A stretch of 64,000 nucleotides of DNA from Candidatus Bathyarchaeota archaeon (GCA_963833125.1 CAWHWX010000028.1:1-64000), one strand, 5' to 3'. Shown: positions 1 to 9,013, counted from the first letter of the stretch. Program-made: numbers and translations. The notes: a model not told the origin generated them from the sequence alone.

Positions 1-34
1 GACCAATCGCCGTAGGCCGATCTATCGGTTAGGG

Positions 35-86
35 GTGGGGCCAAATGTAACGATCGAAGCGGGGCCACTTCAGAGTAGCGAAATCA
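35..86. mobile_element. Probable terminal repeat region (end) of an IS21-family insertion sequence; the element body would lie left of the window
   Basis: Two related blocks 24 bp apart (GTGGGGCCAAAT at 35, GCGGGGCCACTT at 59) ending in ...GAAATCA at 86. Tandem sub-terminal repeats with a terminal CA are typical of IS21 ends. No transposase is in the window. Confidence 0.55.
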
Positions 87-128
87 CTCCGGGAAGAGCG
101 CAAATTCAAAGTTCAAGGAGAGAAAGTC

Positions 129-367
129 ATGAGGTCGAAGAGCATTTCGAACGGGCCCTGACACTTGTTCTAGGAGCGCTAGTAACCACATTGGGAGCGG
201 TCACGCTGGTCTCGATGTCGAAGACACAGCAGAAGGTTGAGGCTTTCATGTGTGGCGAGCCCTGCCATCTCGGCACCGACTACTGCGCGACGAACTTCCC
301 GAGTTGTCCGTACTGCGCCAATTTTGGAGGCGTAACGATGGTGTGTTATACGCAACCAGTCAGCTAA
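129..367 (+). CDS. Small secreted cysteine-rich peptide (6 Cys, cystine-knot-like); needs one extra base near 147-150 to join the ATG to the main frame
   Basis: AGGAG RBS before ATG 129. Restoring one A gives MRSKSISKRALTLVLGALVTTLGAVTLVSMSKTQQKVEA|FMCGEPCHLGTDYCATNFPSCPYCANFGGVTMVCYTQPVS. A terminator hairpin follows directly. Confidence 0.6.
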
Positions 368-373
368 CTCCGT

Positions 374-409
374 GCCTGCTCTCCGATCCAGGAGAGCAGG
401 CGTTCTTCT
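374..409 (+). terminator. Intrinsic terminator-like hairpin after the Cys-rich peptide gene
   Basis: GCCTGCTCTCC-gatcca-GGAGAGCAGGC (11-bp stem) followed by GTTCTTCT. Confidence 0.6.
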
Positions 410-494
410 GCGCTGCTCGATATCAACTGACAAGACGTGAAATATGGCATGCAAAAAACACACCTCGTCTTGCGAAAGCCCCTCCTTTTGGTAT

Positions 495-514
495 TGTCAA
501 CAAAACTGTCAACA
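495..514. promoter_or_regulatory. Putative GntR operator variant (TGTCAAC-AAAACT-GTCAACA)
   Basis: Same first half-site and N6 spacing as the perfect boxes at 8165 and 8992; about 60 bp upstream of the RhaT-like start. Confidence 0.5.
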
Positions 515-572
515 TGTAAGATGCTGGCGAGAGTCGAACAGGCTCGCTCTCTGTGGAGGGATTTTGCTGGCA

Positions 573-1593
573 ATGTCGTCCAACGTTTCCCTCGGAATTC
601 TCGAGATCCTCGCCGGTGGCCTAATGAGCGGTGCGTTCGCGCTTGGCATGAAGTATGCCCGCCGGTGGTCCTGGGAAAACATCTGGCTAGTCTATAGCGT
701 GGTTGGATTGTTCCTGCTGCCGGCTCTAATCACGATCCTAAGCGCTCCGATCTCTCGCAGAGGTGTACGCATCGGTCTCCGTACAGACTCTCTTCACGAC
801 GGCACTGTTTGGCTTCGGCTGGGGAGTAGCCAATGTGTTATGCGGTTTGGCGTTTCCGAGGATCGGAATCGCCCTGAGCTTCGCTATCGTCATCGGACTT
901 AGCGCCTCGCTGGGGTCGTTGGTTCCCTTGGTGGTTTTGGCTCCGGCGAAGCTTGTTCATCTCTCTGGTTTATGCGGTAGCAGGAGTCGGGTTGGCTCTG
1001 CTGGGTATTGGTCTGTTGGGTTGGGCGAGGAGGCAGCGCGAGATCGCTCAGGACCAGAACAGCGCGGCTTCCATGCGATCCACCACGCGAACTGGATTGA
1101 TCTTATGCGTGGCCGCTGGATTGTTGGCGCCCATGCTGAATTTCAGTTTTGCGTTCGGTTCCCGCATCAGCACCGCCGCCTTGAATCATGGCGCGTCCCC
1201 GCAGAATGCCGTCAACGCGATTTGGCTGTAGCGCTTTTTGGAGGATTCATCGGCAACGCAGGGTATTGCGCTGTGCTGTTGGCCCAGAAACATTCTTTCG
1301 GCAAATTCGTCGTGGGGGGCGCGCTTTCGCATTGGGCGCTCGCAGGCTCAATGGGCGTTCGATGGAACCTGGGCCTTTTTCGTTATGGATGGGGCGCGAA
1401 TCTGCTTGGCGATATGAAGGCGATTGTGGGATGGCCAGTGTTTCAGGCCATCACCATCATCACCTCGACTTTCATTGGAGTAGCGTCGGGAGAGTGGAAA
1501 GACGCTCCGTCCTGGTTCGTGAGGCGGAGTTGCCTGGGAGTGACTCTTTTAATCGTGGCAATCGTTCTAATTAGTTCCGGCAATAACTTATGA
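573..1593 (+). CDS. L-rhamnose/proton symporter RhaT-family sugar transporter (frameshifted near 750, 965 and 1220 as assembled)
   Basis: MKYARRWSWENIWLVYS, FGFGWGVAN, GIALSFAIVIGL and SGEWKDAP motifs are spread over ORFs 444..902, 763..1593 and 953..1231; multiple TM helices. Confidence 0.8.
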
Positions 1594-1634
1594 AAGCACT
1601 ACGTCCCGATGTTTGCTGGAGGTACTAAACCCCG

Positions 1635-2476
1635 ATGGTCCATACTCCGAAATTGCAAACGAATTTTGAGCAAAATGGTTTCTCCCTGCACTCGCCTATC
1701 GTTCCTCACGATTTGATCTCCGCCACGCTCCCCCATCTTGAAAAGGTAATGATGGGATCCTATGAAACCGGCATCGCCCCCATTCAAAAGAAACTGGCAT
1801 CCAGGCGACGATCCGCACAAGCTACGGAAAATAGACCAGGCCCACCGCAGCGACGACGTCGACTCTCTTCAAACTGGTTACTCATCCGGGGATTGGCCGC
1901 CTGGCGGCGCAAGTAACCAACGCGCAGTGGATTCAGTTGTGGGCAACCCAGTTGCTCTACAAACCCCCGGGAGGCGAAAAGACGGCCAATGTAGGCTGGC
2001 ATCAGGATATCCAGTACTGGAAGGATAGCTGGGAAGGGGAAGTATTCACGGCATGGCTCGCGATCACGGACGTTCCCTTACAACGAGGGCCCGTGCTCTT
2101 TGTCTCTGGATCTCACCGCTGGGGGCAACTCGAGAACACCAGTTTTTGGGAGACGGACTTGTCAGGCCAGCATTCGGCCATTCGCATTCCTCCTGGCGAA
2201 CGATGGAAGGAGGTACCTGGCATTTTGCGAGCAGGTGGCATTAGTTTCCACCACAATGCGACGCTTCATGGAAGCGGCCCCAATGTGAGCGATGAGCCGC
2301 GCATCAGCCTGGCGCTCCATCTTCGAACAGAACGTTCTGCGCCAAAGCCTGATACAAAAGCCTATCCGGTCTATACGGCAAGCTACATGCCCCATCTGGA
2401 TGATCCTGCGGTGTGTCCAGTCTTGTGGGACGAGCGTAGGAGTCCAAAGGGATTGCAAAGGACAAACAATAAATGA
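1635..2476 (+). CDS. Phytanoyl-CoA dioxygenase (PhyH) family Fe(II)/2-oxoglutarate dioxygenase (two frameshifts in the 5' third)
   Basis: FEQNGF N-terminus, LYKPPG, GWHQDIQYW (HxD), TAWLAI, GSHRW, LHGSGPN and a distal Arg (PRISLALH). Confidence 0.85.
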
Positions 2477-3255
2477 GTGAGCCCAGAAGATTGTCGGATT
2501 GTGTAGTGGCGATTACGGGCGGTTGTGGAGACATCGGCCAAGCTACCGCGCGGCGCCTTAGCCGCGAAAGGGCAAGCGTGGTGCTGCTGGATCGCAGCGC
2601 GGCGGATGTTTTGAGCGCAGACCTTAAAACCAACCAAAGCGTCGAGTGCGTTGCTTGCGATGTCACGGATCGCGCATCGGTAGAGAGTGCGTTGGCGAAA
2701 GTTGTGGATCGGCACCAGAAGTTGGATGTTCTCATTGCCAATGCCGGCATGGTAGCGAACGAGTCTTTCCTTGATGTGAATATTGCCAACTTAAAAGCCA
2801 CGATGGAAGTCAATTTCTTCGGTGCTTTTCATGCAGCGCAGGTGGCCGCGCGGCAGATGATGAAGCAAGCTCTCTCGGATCGCGGCGTGCGGGGAAAGAT
2901 TCTTTTTACGGGAAGCTGGGTGCAGGACCTGCCTTGGCCGGATGGCACTTCGTACATCTGCAGCAAAGCGGCCGTCAAAATGATGGCAAAAGTGATGGCC
3001 CAGGAACTGGCCCCCCAGGGTATTCGAGTAAATATCCTGACGCCCGGCATCGTGATGGCCGGATTGAGCAAGAAAATCTATGAGACGGATCCAACGTATC
3101 GTGGGCGCGTTGCTGAAGCGATTCCGTTGAACGATATGCAAACCGCCGAATCGGTCGCAGATGGATATGCTTTCCTGTGTAGCAGCGACTCCGACTACAT
3201 GACGGGAGCTTCGCTGCTTGTGGACGGGGGCGCGTCGCTGGTCAAGAGGAAATAG
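2473..3255 (+). CDS. Short-chain dehydrogenase/reductase
   Basis: TGGCGDIG cofactor motif, ANAG, YICSK catalytic motif, MTGASLLVDGG. Confidence 0.92.
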   Translation: MSEPRRLSDCVVAITGGCGDIGQATARRLSRERASVVLLDRSAADVLSADLKTNQSVECVACDVTDRASVESALAKVVDRHQKLDVLIANAGMVANESFLDVNIANLKATMEVNFFGAFHAAQVAARQMMKQALSDRGVRGKILFTGSWVQDLPWPDGTSYICSKAAVKMMAKVMAQELAPQGIRVNILTPGIVMAGLSKKIYETDPTYRGRVAEAIPLNDMQTAESVADGYAFLCSSDSDYMTGASLLVDGGASLVKRK

Positions 3256-3274
3256 ATCATTCTGAAACTTGGTA

Positions 3275-4507
3275 CTAGCCAAGATCGCTCGATATGCCTT
3301 GCAAGGCGGGGGAACGGTCTCTCTCAGTTGTTACCCGAATCGAAGTTTGCGCATTCGTCAACAATTCTTCTTTAAGAGCTGTGCCCAGTCCCGGAGCGGT
3401 CGGCATGGCGGCGTAGCCATCTCGGATTTGTACGTTCTCGGTATAAACATCGCGGTACCATCCTTCATAAAATCCGCGAACGCTTTCCAGAATCATGGCG
3501 TTGTTGCTGACTGCGCAAATGTGCAGGTTGGCAAAAAGTGTGACTAATCCGGTGCAATCGTGGGGAGCGATTGGAAGATGGAAGGTGTCGGCGAGAATCG
3601 CGATTTTTCGGCCTTCGGTGATGCCTCCGGTCCAGATCAGATCGGGCATGATCACGTGGGCTGCGCGCGCCTCCAAGACTTCTCGGAAGGCGTATCTGGT
3701 AAACAGCCTTTCACTGACGCATTGCGGAACGCGTGTCTCCGAGACTAGTCTGGCCAAATCCGCGACACTTTCCGGCTTGATGATGTCTTCCATCCAGCGT
3801 ACGTCGTAGGGTTCAAGGGCTTTCGCAATCCGGATGGCGCAATTCAGATCCCACCGGCAGTGACCCTCGATCATGATGTCAATGTCTTTGCCAACCGCGT
3901 CTCTGATCTCGGCAACCGTTCTCAGCCCCTTCTCCAGATCCCGCGAGGACAGATAAGCGCCTGATGGACCCATCGCGGGATAGCCGGCTGGCCCAATTGC
4001 TACTGGGCTCTTGAATTGCGGTGCGAACCGGTCGAAAGGCCAAATCTTCATCGCCTTAATACCCTGGGCCAGCAGACTTTTCGCCAGTTGCGCGGGACGT
4101 TCCATGAAACCGTCGTAGTCTGAATACGGGCCGGAATTAACGCATGTGTTGTAAACCGGAATCTGATCGCGGGTGCGACCGCCCATCAGGTTGTAAATCG
4201 GCTGGCCGGTCTTTTGTGCGATCAAATCCCACAGAGCGATATCAATGGCCGAGAGAGCCCGCATCTCGGCTCCGGCAAAGCCAAAAAAATTCGAATAACT
4301 GAAAACTTCGTCCCAGATCCGCTCGATTTCGAAAGCCGATTGTCCAAGCACAAACCCCGAGATTGTGTCATGCACCACCGCCTCAACCGCGGAAGGGAGG
4401 TAGAACGTCTCTCCCAGGCCGATGAACCCGTCGTCCGAATGAAGGCGAACCCACAGGATGTTCGGCTGTGGAGAATACCGGATCGTTTCTATCTTGATAA
4501 CTTTCAT
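3275..4507 (-). CDS. Mandelate racemase/muconate lactonizing enzyme family protein (enolase superfamily, probable acid-sugar dehydratase)
   Basis: SAIDIALWDL, IYNLMGG, MKIWPFD, metal ligands in IEGH / WMED / VSER, APHD, APGLG. Confidence 0.92.
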   Translation of the reverse strand: MKVIKIETIRYSPQPNILWVRLHSDDGFIGLGETFYLPSAVEAVVHDTISGFVLGQSAFEIERIWDEVFSYSNFFGFAGAEMRALSAIDIALWDLIAQKTGQPIYNLMGGRTRDQIPVYNTCVNSGPYSDYDGFMERPAQLAKSLLAQGIKAMKIWPFDRFAPQFKSPVAIGPAGYPAMGPSGAYLSSRDLEKGLRTVAEIRDAVGKDIDIMIEGHCRWDLNCAIRIAKALEPYDVRWMEDIIKPESVADLARLVSETRVPQCVSERLFTRYAFREVLEARAAHVIMPDLIWTGGITEGRKIAILADTFHLPIAPHDCTGLVTLFANLHICAVSNNAMILESVRGFYEGWYRDVYTENVQIRDGYAAMPTAPGLGTALKEELLTNAQTSIRVTTERDRSPALQGISSDLG

Positions 4508-4538
4508 TCAGTCTCCGAGACCGTGAAGCAAGAATTGA

Positions 4539-5423
4539 TCAACCCGCAAAACGCGGTTCGTCCATACCGGAAATGCCGGCCTTCAGGCAAAATAAATCCC
4601 CCGAGCGCGGGTGTCTTTCCCTTTCTTCCGTACTAAGACCAAGAGCTGCCGAGGTGATGTAAAGCTCATCGAGGCGTTTGCCGCCAAACGTGCAACTGGA
4701 GGGATTCGGCACCGGCAGCCGATACTCGCGGTCCACCTTGCCGTCGGGATTGTAGCGAACGACTCTCCCCCCGCCCCACAGGGCGCTCCAGACGAAGCCT
4801 TCGCTATCCACTGTGAGTCCATCCGGGATGCCGCCTTCGGGCACGGTCTGCACAAACGTTCTGCGGTTTGCGATCCCTCCCCTACCAGCGTCATAGTCGT
4901 AGGCATAAATGCTGTAGCGGAAAGAATCCGTAAAGTACATGATTCTTCGATCGGGACTCCAACCAATTCCATTCGCTACCGTGATGTTCTTGTCTTTCAC
5001 TACGCACGAGCCGTCAGTATGGACGCAGAACAGTTCGGCATCTGGCCCTCGCGGATTGGAATCGTTCACTGTGCCCACCCAGAACCGGCCCTGAGCATCC
5101 GTTGCCGCGTCGTTAAAACGAATGCTGTCCCGTCCGGCCAGCGGATCGCAAAATGGTTCAAAGATATCGCGCTGCGGGTCCCATCTAGCGATCCCTTTGG
5201 CCGTAGCGGCGATAAAACCCCCTGCCGCGCGAATTCCTAACGCCATTACGGGCATTCCCGTTTCGAATACGTCCATGCGCCGCGTTTGCGGAGCGAACCG
5301 AAGAATCTGATATTGCCCGATGAAGTTCACCCAATAGAGTGATTCCTCCTGTGAGTGCCAGACCGGGCCTTCCCCGATCACATTGCGAACTTCGAGAACA
5401 TGCTCAACTTCGCACATAGTCAA
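4539..5423 (-). CDS. SMP-30/gluconolactonase/LRE family lactonase
   Basis: GEGPVW, RFNDA..D..GRFW, ANGIGWSPD, PDGLTVDSEG, FGG...DELYITSA. Confidence 0.93.
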   Translation of the reverse strand: MTMCEVEHVLEVRNVIGEGPVWHSQEESLYWVNFIGQYQILRFAPQTRRMDVFETGMPVMALGIRAAGGFIAATAKGIARWDPQRDIFEPFCDPLAGRDSIRFNDAATDAQGRFWVGTVNDSNPRGPDAELFCVHTDGSCVVKDKNITVANGIGWSPDRRIMYFTDSFRYSIYAYDYDAGRGGIANRRTFVQTVPEGGIPDGLTVDSEGFVWSALWGGGRVVRYNPDGKVDREYRLPVPNPSSCTFGGKRLDELYITSAALGLSTEERERHPRSGDLFCLKAGISGMDEPRFAG

Positions 5424-6427
5424 TTAGCGCTGATTCCCAGGAGCCGGCGGCACGTATTCAATATTTTTAATGTCGAGAGTCCGTACTTCTCAAATAGGTA
5501 ATCCGTCGCGCCGCACTCGATGAACCGATGCGGAATGCCAATCTTGTGCAAATGAACGCGCACGTCAGCCGCATAAAGTTCTTCCGTCACTGCAGTACCC
5601 AATCCGTTCAACACCGAGTGGTTTTCAAGGGTCACGACAATCGGGGCACGGCGCGCTATTTCCACAATACTTTTCACATCCAACGGTTTTAGCGTAGGGA
5701 CGTGCAGTACACTGGCCTCAATGCGGTCTTCTTCTCGCAGTTGACGAGCTACCTCGAGTGCCCGCGCCGTCATAAGGCCCGTGCTGATCAGAACAATATC
5801 ACCGCCCGATTGCAGAAGACTGGCTTCGCCAATCTTGAAGCGGTAGGTTTGCGGATCGAGAACCACCGGAACCTGCGCCCGCAGCAGGCGCATGTAAACA
5901 GGCCCAGCATACTTCGCCATGGCGTGGACCGCCTGCTGAATGTCAGTCGCGTCGCATGGATCGATCACCACAATGTTCGGCATCGTGCGCAGGAGCGCGA
6001 GGTCATCAATTCCCTGATGGGTGGCGCCGTAGCCGGTCGTCAGGCCCGGTAATCCGGCAATGATCTTCACGTTGGCATTTCCCAGTGCAACATCGAGCGC
6101 GATCTGCTCATAGGCGCGCCGCGAGGCAAACACGCAATAAGTAGTGGCAAATGGCGTGAACCCCGCACGGGAGAGCCCGGCTGCAATACCAATCAAATTT
6201 TGTTCCGCCATTCCGACTTGAAAGAATCGGTGCGGAAATTCCCGCCCAAATAAATCGATGTCAGTGTATTTTCCGAGATCGGCAGTAAGCCCTATGATGT
6301 CCGGTCGTTCTCGCGCAACCTCGAGCAGCGCTTTTCCGAACGGCTTTTCAATCGCGCGAATCTCTTCTCCAAAGGTTTCGGTCACGCTCATCGCCGCTGT
6401 GAAGCCGCCCGCTGGAACCTTGCTCAT
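5420..6427 (-). CDS. Transketolase C-terminal subunit (AptB-like)
   Basis: GLTADLGKYTD, GMAEQNL, RRAYEQI, LPGLTTGYGATHQ, GPVYMRL, TLKPLD. Confidence 0.9.
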   Translation of the reverse strand: MSKVPAGGFTAAMSVTETFGEEIRAIEKPFGKALLEVARERPDIIGLTADLGKYTDIDLFGREFPHRFFQVGMAEQNLIGIAAGLSRAGFTPFATTYCVFASRRAYEQIALDVALGNANVKIIAGLPGLTTGYGATHQGIDDLALLRTMPNIVVIDPCDATDIQQAVHAMAKYAGPVYMRLLRAQVPVVLDPQTYRFKIGEASLLQSGGDIVLISTGLMTARALEVARQLREEDRIEASVLHVPTLKPLDVKSIVEIARRAPIVVTLENHSVLNGLGTAVTEELYAADVRVHLHKIGIPHRFIECGATDYLFEKYGLSTLKILNTCRRLLGISAN

Positions 6428-7266
6428 AGCTGGGAGGCCTCCAGTTCACGCAGCGCGCTGTCCCATTCCGCTGTATCCACTCGAACAAAGTGCGCGTTGG
6501 CCCGGTTGGCGACTAGCGGAACTCCGTGGCCGAGTTGGGTGTCGCAGACGAGCACCTTGGGCTTACCCTGAATTTTGCGCGCGGCGTCGAAAGCCTCGAC
6601 CAGTTCTTCCATGGAATTGCCATTCAACCGCTGCGCATGCCAGCCAAACGCTTCCCACTTGGCTTCCACTGGTTCGACAGTCATCACGTTCGAAACTTTG
6701 CCGTCCGCTTGCATATTGTTCATATCCACGATGGCGAACAGTTGATCGAGTTTGAAATGGGAAGCGGCCATAGCAGCCTCCCAAGTGGATCCCTCTTGGA
6801 GTTCGCCGTCGGACAGGAAGTTATAGACGCGAAAATTGTGCCCGCTCAGGCGCGACCCGAGCGCCATCCCAACTGCCTGCGATAACCCATGCCCAAGCGC
6901 GCCGCCAGTCATCTCAACGCCCGGTGTGGTCTCGCTGGCCGACATTTCCAGCTTGCTTTCGTTGGCTCCGTACGTGAGCAAGTCGGACTGAGAGAAGACT
7001 CCAGCTTCGGCTAGCGCCGCGAACAATACGATCGAATAGTGTCCGGTGGAAAGGACAAAGCGATTTCTTGCAGGATTTTTCAACGCTTTGCTATCAAATT
7101 CCAATTGATCAAAGTAAATCGCAGAAAAAATATCGGCGGCGTCCAGGCCTTGGCCGGCATAACCCTCGCCGCGCCCGCGGGCCATGGCGATGATGTGCCG
7201 CCGAATGTTGCGCGCCTTTTCTTTGAGGGCCTGAATTCTGCGCGAACCGGATTGCTCTGGCATCAA
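6424..7266 (-). CDS. Transketolase N-terminal (TPP-binding) subunit (AptA-like)
   Basis: GEGYAGQG, RFVLSTGH, GGALGHGL, SDGELQEGSTWEA...DMNN TPP motif, AHFVR. Confidence 0.9.
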   Translation of the reverse strand: MMPEQSGSRRIQALKEKARNIRRHIIAMARGRGEGYAGQGLDAADIFSAIYFDQLEFDSKALKNPARNRFVLSTGHYSIVLFAALAEAGVFSQSDLLTYGANESKLEMSASETTPGVEMTGGALGHGLSQAVGMALGSRLSGHNFRVYNFLSDGELQEGSTWEAAMAASHFKLDQLFAIVDMNNMQADGKVSNVMTVEPVEAKWEAFGWHAQRLNGNSMEELVEAFDAARKIQGKPKVLVCDTQLGHGVPLVANRANAHFVRVDTAEWDSALRELEASQL

Positions 7267-8048
7267 TCGAGCTCCAATCCGCCGGAGATATTCAAGCGAT
7301 TTCCGCTAACGTAGGACGCGGCTTCGGTCGCCAGCCATACCAAGCCTTCGGCAACTTCCTCCGGTGTGGTTCGCCGGCGTAGAGGAATATCAACCGTTCT
7401 CGACTGGATGAACGACTGGATGTCCATCCCAGCCGCGGCGGCCGTCTTTTCTTCTGTGATGCGCTGCATGGGTGTATCCATCCGTCCGGGCGCGACTGTG
7501 TTCACCGTGATGTTGTATGGCCCAAGCGCGGCGGCTGCAGTGCGCGAAAGGTAGTCCACGGCAGCTTTGCTGGTGGCGTAGGCCGTGTAATTGGTAAGCG
7601 TCATTCGCGTGGCTGGAGAAGAGATGTTGATGATCCTTCCCCCTCCGGTTTCCTTCATCGCTTTTGCCGCCGCCTGCAGCATGAAAAACAGTCCCTTTAC
7701 ATTCACCGCAAATACTTTGTCCCATTCCTGCTCGGTGATCTCCAGTAAGGGTTGAATTGAGGCGACTGCGGCGTTGTTAATCAGGACATCGAGTTGGCCA
7801 AGCTGGTTGGTTGTTTCCTTCACTACCTGCTCTGCGGCGGCCGATGACCTGAGGTCCGCGACGATAGCCGCGCATCGAGTTCCTGTGGCACGCAGCTCCA
7901 TCGTAGTTTCGAGCACGGAGCTTTCATTAACGTCCACAAGCGCCACGGCGGCATTGCGCCGTGCGAAGGCAAACGAAGCAGCCCTGCCCAGACCTTGCGC
8001 GGCACCCGTAACCACCACCACTTTGCCATCCAGGGATCTTTGCGTCAT
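7263..8048 (-). CDS. Short-chain dehydrogenase/reductase (polyol/sugar dehydrogenase-like)
   Basis: TGAAQGLG, NNAA, YATSK, VNTVAPG. Confidence 0.92.
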   Translation of the reverse strand: MTQRSLDGKVVVVTGAAQGLGRAASFAFARRNAAVALVDVNESSVLETTMELRATGTRCAAIVADLRSSAAAEQVVKETTNQLGQLDVLINNAAVASIQPLLEITEQEWDKVFAVNVKGLFFMLQAAAKAMKETGGGRIINISSPATRMTLTNYTAYATSKAAVDYLSRTAAAALGPYNITVNTVAPGRMDTPMQRITEEKTAAAAGMDIQSFIQSRTVDIPLRRRTTPEEVAEGLVWLATEAASYVSGNRLNISGGLELD

Positions 8049-8164
8049 GCAGGTAAGCCACTGATTGCTGGGTGTTTCTAAGTGATGCCCGTTTTCGGCT
8101 CCAGGCTCGTATGCTCTCCCAAGCGCTGCAAAGAGTCCCTTGGAGATTTACCAGCAGACCAGTT

Positions 8165-8190
8165 AATTGTCAACTATAATGTTGACAATT
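8165..8190. promoter_or_regulatory. Perfect palindromic operator AATTGTCAAC-TATAAT-GTTGACAATT between the divergent SDR operon and gntR
   Basis: 10-bp perfect inverted repeat with a 6-bp spacer equal to the -10 consensus; the arms contain TTGACA on both strands. Confidence 0.75.
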
Positions 8191-8251
8191 GAGGCGGCGG
8201 CCCTCATCTTCTGCCGTACCGGCCCAGTCTCTTCTATCGTTCGACCAGTCC

Positions 8252-8956
8252 ATGATAAAAATGAAACATATGCCGACAAAACCTGCTTCACGATCTAACG
8301 GTACTTCAGCGACTGAGCGCGTTGAAGCGTACGTCCGGCAGGCCATCTTTTCGGGGCTGTTCAAGCCGCGGCAGCGGCTCACCGAAGAGAGCTTGGCGAG
8401 CGCCTTAAAATGCAGCCGCGGTCCCATCCGCGAAGCGATTTTACGCTTGGAACGCGACGGTTTGGTGGAAACCGTTCCCCGGCGAGGGACTTTTATTCCC
8501 GATGTATCTCCCGAATCAATCGAGGTTGTCTTCAGAATGCGGGGGAAACTGGAAGGGTTGTGTGTCCGCTACATGCGGGAAATCATGACTCCAGCCATGG
8601 AGCATAAACTCACATCGATTCTGGGTGAAATGAAGACGGCTACACAAAAAGAAGACGAAGAGACTTTTCTGGAAGCGGATTTGATGCTGCATCGCACCAT
8701 CTGGCACTTTTCAGGGAGGCAGGAACTGGAGCGTGTGCTCACCACCATCATGAATTCACGAGGCTTCCTGATCGCCAGGACATTCTCGTCGTCCATCCCC
8801 TTCCCGACGCGACTGAAACATCATCAGGAGTACCTCAGCATTGTGTTGCGCAGTCCTCTCTCCAAAGTCGAGTCCGAGGTCGAACGGCATTTTTCCGAAC
8901 TCCATGTCCAGATTTTTGGGGGAAGCTCAGCGCAGCGGCTGATCGCATCTTTGTGA
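8252..8956 (+). CDS. GntR family transcriptional regulator (FCD domain)
   Basis: wHTH (FKPRQRLTEESLA..LKCSRGPIREAILRLERDGLV..PRRG) and an FCD-type C-terminus (DLMLHRTIW). The start could be 8252, 8261 or 8270. Confidence 0.92.
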   Translation: MIKMKHMPTKPASRSNGTSATERVEAYVRQAIFSGLFKPRQRLTEESLASALKCSRGPIREAILRLERDGLVETVPRRGTFIPDVSPESIEVVFRMRGKLEGLCVRYMREIMTPAMEHKLTSILGEMKTATQKEDEETFLEADLMLHRTIWHFSGRQELERVLTTIMNSRGFLIARTFSSSIPFPTRLKHHQEYLSIVLRSPLSKVESEVERHFSELHVQIFGGSSAQRLIASL

Positions 8957-8991
8957 GTGCCTGGCCTCATCTCTTGCAATAGCTACCTCTC

Positions 8992-9013
8992 ATGTCAACA
9001 TTAGTGTTGACAT
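8992..9013. promoter_or_regulatory. Second perfect operator ATGTCAACA-TTAG-TGTTGACAT upstream of GH36
   Basis: 9-bp perfect inverted repeat; core TGTCAAC-N6-GTTGACA is identical to the box at 8165. Confidence 0.75.

Noticed and set aside
35-128. GTG 35 as the start of the Cys-rich ORF, as given in the ORF track
   Set aside because: It lies within the IS-like terminal repeats and gives a non-signal N-terminus. ATG 129 has a proper RBS and gives a canonical signal peptide after a one-base repair.
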